Under the pieces are notes generated by a model, which did no database searches, was not told where the DNA came from, and saw only the letters and a list, made by a program, of their open reading frames with translations. The translations under genes and the position numbers were made by a program. From the human T2T-CHM13v2.0 reference genome, Homo sapiens: 64,000 nucleotides of DNA. The DNA lies in NCBI RefSeq assembly GCF_009914755.1, contig NC_060941.1; one strand, 5' to 3'. This document shows, in pieces, positions 26,058 to 42,309 of this stretch; position 1 is the stretch's first letter; each line of letters opens with the position of its first letter.

Positions 26058-27222
26058 GTCAGTGCCTGGCAGCCACCCAGGCACGGTGTAGCCAGTGGGA
26101 GGGATCCCAGGCCAAGGCGGGTGGACATCTCCCTATGAGCAATTGAGGCTCCAAGAGGTGATAGTTTGTGACGTGCCCGATGGGGTTCCAGCCGCTTTCC
26201 ACCTGCAGCCCTGCAGCTACCTCCCCTCAGGTTTGCTGGTGCTCGAAGCAAGGACTGGCTTGACCTCTGTCCTGAGAAAGGTGGACTGGGTTCTGTTCTG
26301 ATGTATAGTTTACAAATCGTGAAACTCCAGCATAGAGTGCATATAATCATGTTCACACCCATGCAACCACCTCCCTCCAAGATGCAGGACAATTCTCTCA
26401 CCCCCTCCCAGAATGTTCTCTTGGGCTCCTTCCCTGCCATCCCCCATGTGCCTAAGGCACCCACAAGTCTGGTTTTCCCACGGTGGGTTGGTTTCGCCCT
26501 TTCTGGAACATCAGCCTCGCTTGATGTTTCTGGACCCACCTGGGTCTGGTGTGGTCTGTTTGTTCCTTTTTGCTGCTGAGCACAAGTCTATTTTTCCAGA
26601 TTTACTGCTTTTCAAAAAATGAATTAGGCTTAGTTCCCATTGTCCACTGGGTGCCCATCCCAGCCCCCCAGGTCACTGTGGTTGGCGGTTGGCACGGAAC
26701 CTTCTGGTCCTTTTTATGTGCATTTCCATCTTTACACACATCCCCATGGAGGGCACGGGGATGTGAGTGTCCTATGCGCATTTGCGTGGAGAATCCCTGC
26801 TGGGCTGCTCTCCCATGCTGGTCTGTGGGGACTCCATGTCCAAACACGCAGATCCTGCTGCCCTCTGGGAGCACCCACACAAGCCAGGTTCTCCCTGGAC
26901 CTCACGTCTGGAGGGCGGATGCAGGCATGGTGCCCCCAGCAAAGCACCTGGAGTCCTGCCTTCCTTGCAGTGGCCGGGCCGGGCCAGGCACGTCCTGGCT
27001 GTTCCCTGAGGACCAAGTATGACTCTCAGCTGGCCCGGCACCTCTTGCAGCCTCAGTTCCCTGGTCCGACCCTTGGGACCCTGGTGGAACCTGCCCACTG
27101 GGGCATGGGAGGGGGCACAGGAGGGGTCTTGGGTGAGGGAGGGGGGCACAGCTATGCAGAGCATGGCACCTGCCTCCAGTCGTGCTCCACAGACGTGGCT
27201 GAGGCATGTCCCTCCCTGGCAG

Positions 27223-27350
27223 ATGTGAAGCCCTCCAATGTCCTTATCAACAAGGAGGGCCATGTGAAGATGTGTGACTTTGGCATCAGTGGCTACTTGG
27301 TGGACTCTGTGGCCAAGACGATGGATGCTGGCTGCAAGCCCTACATGGCC
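27223..27350 (+). pseudogene. MAP2K3: MAP2K3 paralog exon 8 (DVKPSNVLINKEGHVKMCDFGISGYLVDSVAKTMDAGCKPYMA)
   Basis: tggcag|AT GTG...GCC|gtgagt, 128 nt; DFG and activation loop S218/T222 intact. Confidence 0.96.
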
Positions 27351-27847
27351 GTGAGTGGTCCCCAAGCCCCCCAGGCTCAGGAGAGGATGGGGCGGGGAGA
27401 GATCTGCCCAGGCTGGCCACCCCGGCCATGCCCTCTGTCCGTAGGGGCAGAGCCTCCCCACACTGCGTTTCCTACTATAGTGGGGCCACCTGTGTCTTGC
27501 TGCCCAGGGGCAGCCCTTCTGTACCCCGTTGTTAACTGACCCCCACAGTGCCCCAGTTGGGTGATAAGCTCATGGACCACCTCTGCGGAGGACACTGGTG
27601 GGCTGTGCAGGTCCCGCCCCGCCCTCATTGTCAGGAGGGCCTTAGGGGCCTGCTCCCGGGTAGGGTCAGACTGATGCAAGGGTTGGGCCTTCTAAGCATG
27701 ACCCAGGCCCTCCTAGCCTCAGTTTCCTCCCCCGTCACATGGGCAGGTGGGCTAAGCTGAGCGCTCAGTTTGGGGACTGGGAGGCAAGGCCTAGCCATGG
27801 GAGCTTACCTGGGGCGGGTGTTCACGCCTCACTGTTCCCTCCTGCAG

Positions 27848-27925
27848 CCTGAGAGGATCAACCCAGAGCTGAACCAGAAGGGCTACAATGTCAAGTCCGA
27901 CGTCTGGAGCCTGGGCATCACCATG
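27848..27925 (+). pseudogene. MAP2K3: MAP2K3 paralog exon 9 (PERINPELNQKGYNVKSDVWSLGITM), last exon present
   Basis: ctgcag|CCT...ATG|gtactg, 78 nt. Confidence 0.96.
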
Positions 27926-28810
27926 GTACTGTGGGGGGCCAGGGCCTGCCCTTGGTGGTCAGGTGGGGTGGGTGGAGCCGTGCCTGGGGCCCTGAGCTTT
28001 TGGGGGACTCATCAAATAGTTTAGGTTCTGGAAAGAAGTATTGGCTTCAAAATCTGAGAAGAAAATGTGCCATCAGAAATTACCATCTATTTAAGGGAAC
28101 CTCCTAGGGTCAGGGTCACTCATCATGAAGTCCTGGGTGCTTTGTGATATGGTGGCCACAGGGCTTTCTCTGGAGTTCTTGGTGCTTGTTGAGAAATCAC
28201 AGCCAATCCCAAATTACGTAAGTTCCTGGTATGTAAATCATGCAAAAGCAAGATGGTAAAGATCTTTTCAAAAATATTTCATAGCAGAAGGTTTGTTGTC
28301 GGTGGCGTCCTGGTACATTGCGGTGGGGTGGTAGAAAGGGTGGGTGGGCTCTCAATCCTGGTCCTGCGGAAGCCAAAGGCATCCCTGGCTTGGGTAGGGT
28401 GAGGGCAGATGTGGCAGAAGTCCAGGTGTAGGGATGGGCCCAGAGCAGTTGCTTCTGGAGTTGCCTGGCAGAACCCCATGCCTTCCGTGTTGGGGCTCAG
28501 GTCAAGGTGTGGGTGAGCCCGCTCTGGCTTCCCTGTGGACAGTGGATTGGAGGGATGGGAAGACCACCAGAATGTGTCCCCCAGCCAGGGCTAGGAAGCT
28601 GTGCAGGAGACGCGTGGAAGGACAATGCCATCAGCAGGTCGGGCTCAGGCTGGTGGCCTTGGCCAGTTGAGTGGCTCGGGACCAATGGAGTGTCCTGGGC
28701 GTCAGCTCCTTCCCTGCCCAGGGAAGCCTGGCCGAGGACATTCCTGCTTGTCCCTAGTCCCTTTGACTGTTTGGTGTTGGGGATGAGGCCATCAGATGAA
28801 ATCAGTAAGA

Positions 28811-30146
<1,336 letters not shown>

Positions 30147-30454
30147 GGGGTGGAGAAGACTGGAGCAGGTAGGGGTGGCTCTGGGGACAGGTGGAAGGCC
30201 ACTGTTGCAGATGCAGAGCCTCTGCAAGGAGGGCACCCTGCTGACCTGAGGGCAGGGTAGACCAGGGGGTGCAAGTGCAAAGGCCCTGAGGTGGGGCTGT
30301 GCCTGCTGTGTGCCTGGGTGGCCGGGTCAGAGGAGAGGGAGGGAGGGTTGGGAGCGAGCGAAGAGAAGTGTCTGGTGGGTAGAGAGTTGACGCGGGTGTT
30401 GTGGGTTTTAGTGGTGTTGCTGCTACCATTGTTATCATCATCATGTGGTTATAA

Positions 30455-31268
<814 letters not shown>

Positions 31269-31689
31269 TAAACAGTGTATCTGTAGACAGTGACTGGGAA
31301 AGACTCAAAGTCGAAATAATTTTGTCAGAGAGGTGGGACTGGGCCATACTTTCAATTTTCTTTAATTGGTGACATGCAATTTTTCAATTAAATTTTTTTT
31401 TTGAGGTGGAGAGGAATATTCAGCCTGAAGGCAGGTGCTGTATCTGCAATAACAGTTTTCCTAGTCCTAAGTTTGATGCAAAGGACAAGTTCTTGCTGTA
31501 TTTAGTCTGCACAGAACTGGTTGGATATTAGAGACCCCGCTCATGACTACCTCACACATACACACACCCTTATGTCCCTTCCCCATCTCCCTGTCTCCCT
31601 TCCATCTGTCCATCCATCATGATTGTTGGGGCCACCATGGCTGGTGGCCTTCTGATATGGCTGGTGGAACTTGGACAAGTGTGTGCTAA

Positions 31690-32150
31690 GTGTATATTTC
31701 AGTTATCAAATATTGCATAGCAAACCACCCCAGAACCTAGTGACCCAAACCAACAGCGGTTTCTTATTTCTCATGTTTCCACCATTGTGTCTGGGCTCAG
31801 CTGGATGGCTCTTCTGCTGTACCTGGGACTGGCTGGGGTCATGGCTGGGCTGGGCTGGTCTGGAAGGCCCAAGACGGCCTCACAAACATGGGCCTCCTCT
31901 GCCTGGCCTCTCCATGCGACTTACTCACATTGGCCTGCTCCCTGGGCTTCAGAGCATGGCAGTGTCAGCAGAGTTGGAGTTCTTTCATGATGGCTGGCAT
32001 CTAAAAGGAAGTTCTCTGAAGTGCTAGGCCTGGAACTGGCACAGCATCACTTCTGCCTCATTGTGTTGGTCAGCGAGTCACAGGCCAGCCCAGGTTCAAG
32101 GGCAAGGAATGCTCCAGGCTTAATGGAGGATCGGCAGGCGCACACGGGGA
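31690..32150 (-). mobile_element. MaLR LTR (MLT1-like)
   Basis: cagttatc...tgcatagcaaaccaccccagaacctagtgac...ggaactggcacagcatcacttctgcc...agtcacaggccagcccaggttcaaggg. Confidence 0.65.
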
Positions 32151-33104
32151 GGCGGAGGTGGTCACAAGTTACAAAAGTAGTGGAAACCTAACATAAAAAT
32201 ACAGAGGCAAAGTAAGGGGAAAACGACTGTAGTTATTCTACCTAGAGACACCTCTTACCCCGTTTCAGTGCCAACATTGTGCATTATATTATAATATTTT
32301 TATTATATTATATATAATACATTTTATTAAAATTTAGAGAAATCTAGAGGCCAGGGCGGGAATCCTCTCCTCCAGATCCCTGCTGCAGCTCCCGTCTTAG
32401 GTGGGGGCCTCCTCATGGTCCACAGTGCCCCACCCCGGGCGCCCACCCCTGCCTCCCCTGTACCCTGTGCCTGACTCCCTGCGCTTCACCCCGAGCCTGG
32501 CGGTGCAGGGCCTCTGCAGGAGCTGTCTTGTTCTCCTCCCGGAACGCTCTTCCCCGGATGTGCTCCCGCTTTGGGGTCTGCTCAGATGCCTCCCTGACCA
32601 CACTTGTCCTGCCGCACTTTCTTCACATTTATTTATTTTCATTCTTGCCCACTGGCCGCCTCCCCCGCAAGACCAGGAGGAGCCGGCCTTGCTCACAGGA
32701 GACAGGGCAGGTGCAGGAAGGCTGCCGCAAGGCCCAGCGCAGACAGCAGGCAGCAGGGCTGTGCGGGAGGTGGTCTGGGGACAGTGCTGCCATTCTGTTT
32801 ATTCCGGGGGTCTGCTCTGGGAAGGCTTTCCAGGAGCGAGCCGATACTGAGCTGATACACGCGTTGTGCTGGCTGAGGACTCTGCACCTCAGAGAAGGGA
32901 AGCCAGGAGCTCCAAGTCAAACAGCAGGCAGCACCCATGCCGGGGGTTAGCGTCCCGGCTGCGCTCCCGCTCCCATGCCCTCCCTCAGGGCCGAGCTCTG
33001 CTTCTGAGGGCAGAGCCCAAGGAGGACCATGCTGCCCACCTGGCGGCTCAGGCTCCAGCAGCCCCGAAACTGTGGTCAAGTCCCTCTTCCCCCAGGGAAT
33101 GGGC

Positions 33105-33777
33105 AGGGGCCAGAAGGATTGAATGTGTCCCCCAAGCTGCTGTGTTGGGAGGTGGGGCCTCACAGCAGGATTAAGTCCTGGGGGCCCGCCCTCCTGAATG
33201 GATGAATGCTGCCAGCCATCTCCCAGTGGGTTAGTTACCGAGGGGTTTGGTTGTAATAAAAGGGTGTTTTGCCCTCCACTGCTCCCTCCAGCACTCTCTT
33301 GCCTTTCGGCCTTCCTTCAGCCATGGGAGGACACAGCAGGGAGGCCTTGTCAGATGCCGGCCTGGATCTTGATTTCCCAGCCTCCAGAACCCTGAGAAAT
33401 TTCTGTTGTTTAGAAAGTACCCAGTCTGGGCTGGGCACATGGCTCACACTTGTAATCCCAGCATTTTAGGAGGCCAAGGCGGGTGGATCGCCTGAGGCCA
33501 GGAGCTGGAGACCAGCTGGGGCAATATCCCAACACCTCATCTGTACAAAAAAGCCAGGTGTGGTGGTGCATGTCTGTAGTCCCAGCTACTCCAGGAGCTA
33601 AAGTGGGAGCATTGCCTGAGCCCAGGAGTTCGAGGCTGCAATGAGCGGTGATTGCCACTGCACTCCAGCCTGGGTGACAGATTGAGACCCTGTCTCGATT
33701 TAAAAAAAAAATAAAGAAGAAGCAATCATCCAGTTTGTGGTATTTTGTTATAGCAACAATGAAACAGATGAATACAG
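33105..33777 (+). mobile_element. MaLR LTR (MST-like) interrupted by an AluJ-like element (33428-33715)
   Basis: tgaatgtgtccccc...cttgatttcccagcctccagaaccctgagaaatttctgttgttta...cccagtctg [Alu] ccagtttgtggtattttgttatagcaac. Confidence 0.75.
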
Positions 33778-36700
33778 GCCCCCAACACCAGCATTATCTC
33801 ATCCTGGTTTCCCTGTGGGCAGGGGCTGTGGTGGCCAGGCAGGACCAGTCACCTCATCTTCCAACAGGGGCTTTGCATCTGACCACACCTCTCCCTGATG
33901 CACCAATCCCCTTGACCACACCCCCACCAAGGACTGCTGGCTTCTGCTTGCATACCTGCCCTGATGGGGAGCTCACTCCCATACAGATGCGATTCCTGGA
34001 GAGATCTGGGCTCCATCTTCTTGTCCCTGTTCTAGTTCCCCAGGCCTGTGACGTGAGGGGCCCATGTGTAAACCCTGGCTCACTCTCAATGCTCATTTCT
34101 TCACCTCTTGTGAAAGCTGTTGCAAATCCTTTTGGAAACCAGGTGGGAGGGTCTATATATACATTGGCTGTACTATGTTTATCAGAGCTTGTGTATCTTC
34201 ATGCCCAGGGCAGCCGGCTTCTCCTGGAGGTTACAGAGGCTCAGCGAGACTCTGACCCCTCCTGAGGCCACCAGAGAGTGAGGCAGAGCCAGGGAAGCCC
34301 AGAAACCCAGGCGTCCTGCCCCTAGTCCCTACCCCCAGCTGAGGCTCTGCCCAGCCCCAGTGAGCCACCTGCCAAGCCAGGTTTAGCTGCAGCCACCCCC
34401 TCTGTCCTCGCAGAAGCCGTGGGCTGCTCTATTCCTGTTCTGGGCCAGCCTTATTGGGCACTTGAGTTGGGGAGGCAGCAGCAGCTGCAAGCTCTGGTTG
34501 TGGATTGGGGAGTTGCTCTGTGAACTAGCCTAGGAAATTCTTTCTTGTCTGCCTCCCAAACCCTCCATAGCTCCCTATTCCCACAACATCCAAGGAAAAG
34601 GAGGCACAGCATGAACTTGACAGCAGGGCCTGTCAAGTTGTTCTCCACTTGACAGCAGGCTTGACCCCTCTGGGTTGTTCTCCACAGGGCTTTGCCCATG
34701 GCACACTTTATCTGAGCACCTTCTATGTGCCACGTTGTGTTCTAGAACCAGAGCTGTAGCAGGGCTCAGACAGACCTGGACCTGCTCAGCCAGGGCATCA
34801 GGCAGGGAGGAGGCACTCACCTTCGCGGAAAGCCGTGCTCCCCCCATTCTTCCAGCATCACCCCATGATCACTCCCTAAGGAAAAGCAGTGAACTCTAAG
34901 TTAATTAGCAAAGTCATTTAAACTAGTTAAGCTTAATTACCATTAAATGATTACATTTAATTAATTAAATTTTTTACATTTGAATTTAAAAGCCCCTGGG
35001 GCAGGCAGGGATTTCATGCCACCCAAGAGAACAAGGGGTTGAAGAACAGATGGCACGGGCCCTGCAGGCCATGGCAGAGAGGCTGAACTTCATATTCAGG
35101 GCAAAAGTCACTGGAGGGCTGTGAGCCGGGGAGAGATGTCATCTGATTGCATTAAGAACAACAGCAGCGCAAGATCACGCCTGTTTGCCCTCAAAGCCCT
35201 ACTCCGTGCCTCTTCAGCCCCCACTGTCCCCAGCCCTTGGGTCAGACAACCTTGAATTTGACACTTTCACCCCAGGTTGTATGACCTTGAAGATGTCACT
35301 GCACCTCTCAGAGACTCAGTTTCCTCATCTGCAAATTGGGGCAGGATCTGGCAGGATTGCAGGTGGTTTCAACAGAACCCTGCAGCATGGAACAGGCTGG
35401 CACACAGTAGGTACTCCATGAATAATGCTGTCCCCCTGGTCCCTGCCTCCACTGCCTCCTCTTGGGCCAAACCCAAGTTTATTTTGCTTCCTATAGTTGC
35501 CTTCAACTACGATCTGTCCCCATGGGGTCCCTCAGGATGCACATCCATGGCAGAGCTGGGCTTGCCCTTAAACCTTGGGCTAGGAGGCTGGAGGCATCTG
35601 TCCTGGGACTCTGAGATTTCACAGGCTGTGCTTGTAAGTAGGCACAGACCTGCCATCTTGGAGTCCTGGAGCCCTGATTGGAGCTAGGGCAGAGCCTGGC
35701 CAGGTACCCAGATCCCCTCTTGGGGCCCACTTGGTCCCTTCTGTCTGTGGATGACTTTCAGCGAGTCACCACATCCCTCATGGTTTGGTTGCTGTGAAGT
35801 GGAGCGGAGGGGTCAAGGTTGCTTGCGTGAGTGCAAAGCCAGCCAGCTGAGGCTGGTGTTCCTCAGGAGCATCCGTCCGCTTGAGAGAGGAGACCTGGAA
35901 GTGTATATCCTGCGCCATCTCCAAGGGATGGAGCTCCAGTTGCACCCAGCGGTAGCTCTGTTGATGACATGGCCTTGGTTGGCTCTTCCCTGTCTCACTT
36001 CTCCACTTCCCTATGGGTATTTCCTAGGATTTACTTGAGTCCAAAGCTTCTCAGTGTCTGAGAGTGTACTGGAAGAACCCAAGGAGACAGTGCCTCTGGG
36101 AATCATGGTGGAGAGAACAGGACCTGACGACGAAGTGCTCGGCAAATGACGCCTGATGTTACAGGGATCCTTGCTGCCCCACTGGACCACGCCCTCAACA
36201 CCAGCGCTGGTAGTTCCCCACAGAGTCTGAGGTCTTCTTCCCCCAGCTTCTCTCACACCTTTAGACTTCTCTGTGGCACTGCTTTCTCCTCTCCTCACCA
36301 TCTCAGCTTTTCCCTCCTGTTAGCTGTGTCGCCCTGGGCAAGTCACTGCACCTCTCTGATTCTCCACATTCTCAGTCCCATGGCTGGGACTTGACACCCT
36401 CTCTGGGCAAATGCCAGCATGCTTTGCTAAGCAGTCCTATCCCAGGTCTTGTGGTGTCTGCCAGAAATCTCCGGGAGGCAGAGGATGAAGGCCTGGGCAT
36501 TAGTGTGCCTGGTTGGAGGTCCTGGGGATGAAGGCTGCTGGGGTGGTGGTATTGCAATCCCAGTTGAAGGTCCTGGGGAGGTGTTTGTGAGGCTGTCAGT
36601 CATTCATCTTGTTAGGCCAAGGTGTGAGGAGGTGGGCCGAGGTGGGTGGGGGAGGTTGACAGGTGTGGAAATCACAGAGGGCCTGGAAAGCTGCTGCGAA

Positions 36701-37155
36701 GAGTCCGGGACTCCTGGGCATAGAGTAATGTTGGTGCCTTGACCAGAGCCTACAGACCTCCTTACTGGGACAAGCCAGCTCCCCGCCTGCTCTGTGCTGT
36801 GCTGCTAACCCTTGCATCTCAAACCTGCTTCAGGGAAGTATGCAGCAGGAAAGCCTAGCCCTTTGCCTTAAGGCAGGACAAACTCAGGGGCATAATTTGT
36901 GCTGCAGAGCTCCCTTGGGCTCAGGCCACGGCAGGGATGGAAATTGAAGAAACCCTTGCTTGTCTTCTCCTTCTTTTTCCCTGGCTCCCTCGCTGGTTTC
37001 AGCTGGGAGAAACTCCCTAGGGAAACATTTGCACCTGAATCCTGCTCTCAGGCTCGGCTTCTGGGAGAACCTGACATGAGACAACCTGCTGGCCCTGGGC
37101 ACCATAGGCGGGTTTTAATAGAATAAGTTTATTGGTTAGAATGCAGTCTTGGTTA

Positions 37156-37480
<325 letters not shown>

Positions 37481-37489
37481 AACCCAAGT

Positions 37490-38470
37490 TAATGATGGTT
37501 TAAACAAGGTAGACGATTATTCGCTCCTGTAGCAGTCAGTGGTTCACGGTGGCGACGGCGGGCTGGGTTCCATCCCTTTTCTGCCCTACGGGGTGTGGGT
37601 TCATCCACTTCCTCGCGCCGCTCGCACCCCATTGGCAGTATTGGGTCACATGGCCAGCCGTGGCCGCAAAGGAGGTTGGGAAATGTAGTCTTCATAAGGG
37701 AGCCAGTCGCTCCCGGGACAGTGGGGTCCACGGCTGTGGGAGGGGAATAGAGGTGGGGGCTGTCATTCCGTCTGCAGGGAGGGAGCACAAACTTTAAAGC
37801 GGGGACAAGATTCTTTTAGAAAGAATGGTCTTCGTGTAAGAAAATATGCAGAGGATTCTGTGTCTGTGGAAAGGGAGCTCTTGCCGGGGATGCGGGAAGA
37901 TGTTTCTGGAGGTGCCCGGCCCAGGGCGTCCTGGGGCAAGGAGTGGCCAGGCAGGTCCTGTGAGGACCCTCCTAGGGAAACCCGACCTTCTTCCATCTTC
38001 AGGGAAAGTGGACACAGGCAGCAGCCTGGGAGGGGCGTCCGAGGTGGGGAAAAGGAGCGGGTGTAGATGGAGCCCTCCAGGCGGGCAGGGACAAGTAGAA
38101 AACGACAAAGCTAGGTCGCGAGTGTAACGACACGGAACATGGCAGCAGTGGGGTGAGGGACCCTAGGCCTCCTGGGAACTTCCGGGGCAGTTTGAGAAAG
38201 CCAGGTTCCCCCAGGAGGGGTTAGGGGCGTTTCCATTTTAAATATTAGCGGGGTGTCCCTGGAGGCTGATAACTGGCTTCCGTCCATTTCCCACACGTGT
38301 TTGCAAAACGAATGTGTCAGATGTGCAGATGCGCATCCAAGGCGCCCCAGCATAGTCTGCGGCCTTCTGCCCCGTGGTTACCGTTTTCCGTGGCTTCCCC
38401 GAGACACTCCCCGCCCTGGACGCGGCCTCTGACTCCAGCGTCCACTCCAGTAAATAGCCCCGATGTGGAC
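37490..38470. promoter_or_regulatory. CpG-enriched promoter-like region
   Basis: Visibly raised CpG density. TCGCGA at 38116-38121, YY1-like AACATGGCAGC at 38136-38146, donor-like GG|GTGAGG at 38153, ETS-like ACTTCCGG at 38178-38185. Confidence 0.45.
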
Positions 38471-38789
38471 ACCTTGCGCAGGCAGCTTTGTTGGCATTTC
38501 AGATTTGAGATGATTTCCTCGGGCATGATTCCCAGAAGAGAAGTCGGGTAGGGGAAGTGCATTTGCCTGTAAGGGCCGTGGTTGGTACAGCCAAATGTCT
38601 GCCTGGTCCAGTGGTGCCAATGTACCCGACCACCTGCAGATCACAGGCAAAACCTTCCTCGGGGAAGGGTAGGATAGTTTGGTTTCATCTCTTTCCCAGA
38701 TTTTTAAAATACTGTTGAAGATACTAAGCAATTCAAAAAGTATTTTTACCTATAATCCCGTCTGCTAGCATGTTGATTTATATCCTTCT

Positions 38790-40800
<2,011 letters not shown>

Positions 40801-40806
40801 TACACA

Positions 40807-41137
<331 letters not shown>

Positions 41138-41319
41138 TCAATGTTTAGGGGATTTGTAAAATTTTTATAATTATAGGACACACTTACATGTTTCTAAAAT
41201 CAGATCTACAGAATGAATTATATTCAGAGAAGCCTAACTTCTATTCCTTTCTGCCCCACCCTGTCCCCACTCTTCCCCATATGTAACCATTATACACAAT
41301 ATACAGTTTATCCTTCATG

Positions 41320-41855
41320 GCATTTGTAAAACATGGCCACAAATCCTTGGATAGTCATCCCATTAAGAGATGTCGTCTATGTCCCTCTGCTTGCATCTGG
41401 AGGATTTGTGACTGCTTTAGCTAACAGTGTGGCAGAAATGATGCTCAGAGACTTCTGAGGTGGGTTGTAAAATGCCTTAGAGCCTCCACCCAGCTCACCT
41501 GGGGCATTCATGCTTGGAGCCCCCTGAGCCATCACGTGAAGAAGTCCAGTCACTCCAAGACCCCTTTTTGGAGAGGGCGCGTGTGGGCACCTGGGTCCAT
41601 CTGCTGAGCCCAGCCTTCCAGATGTCCCACCAAACACTGCTGTGTGAGTGAAGCCATCATGGAGCCTCCAGATCAGCCCATCTTCCAACTGGTTGTCAGT
41701 GAGTGATCTCCATCAATGTCACATGGGAAAGAAAAACCACCCAGCCAGCCCTGCCTGAATAATAATCCTGACCCAAATAATCATTTATGCAATAAAATGA
41801 TTGTTCAGACCCACCAAAAAGGTAGTTTGTTATGCTGCTTCAGGTAATTAGAACA
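41320..41855 (+). mobile_element. MaLR LTR (MLT1F/G-like)
   Basis: atggccacaaatcctt...tgtgactgcttt...tggcagaaatgatgc...agccatcacgtgaagaagtcc...aataaaatgattgtt...gtagtttgttatgc...gtaattagaaca. Confidence 0.7.
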
Positions 41856-42000
41856 CCCTTCCTTTTCCATTTTTAATATAAGCTGGTTCATATATGTGTG
41901 TGTCCTGTCTCTGTATTAGATAAATGGTAGCATATTAGAGTCACTTCCCTACCTCACACTTTTCACTAGACAATATGTTCTGGCCATCACTGCAGAGAGA

Positions 42001-42307
42001 TTTTATTTTATCTTATTTTATTTATTTTTATTTGAGACAAGGTCTTGTTCTGTCACCCAGGCTGGAGTATAGTGGTGTGATCATAGCTTACTGCAGCCTC
42101 AACCCCCTGGGCTCAAACAATCCCTCCTGAGCCTCCTGAGTAGCTGGGACCACAGGTGTGCACCATTGCACTGGGCTAATTTTTTTTTTTTATATAGAGA
42201 GTTTTCCAATGTTGCCCAGGCTGGTCTCAAACTCCTGGGCTCAAGCAATCCTCCTGCCTTGGCCCCCCAAAGCATTGGGATTACAGGTGTGAGCCTCCAT
42301 CTCAGCC
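42001..42307 (-). mobile_element. AluJ-like
   Basis: gatcatagcttactgcagcctcaacc...ctcctgggctcaagcaatcctcctgccttgg. Confidence 0.88.
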
Positions 42308-42309
42308 TC

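Noticed and set aside
24707-27539. 210-aa (24707-25339) and 299-aa (26640-27539) ORFs as standalone genes
   Set aside because: Each is one MAP2K3 exon plus open GC-rich intron flanks; similarity ends at the splice sites.
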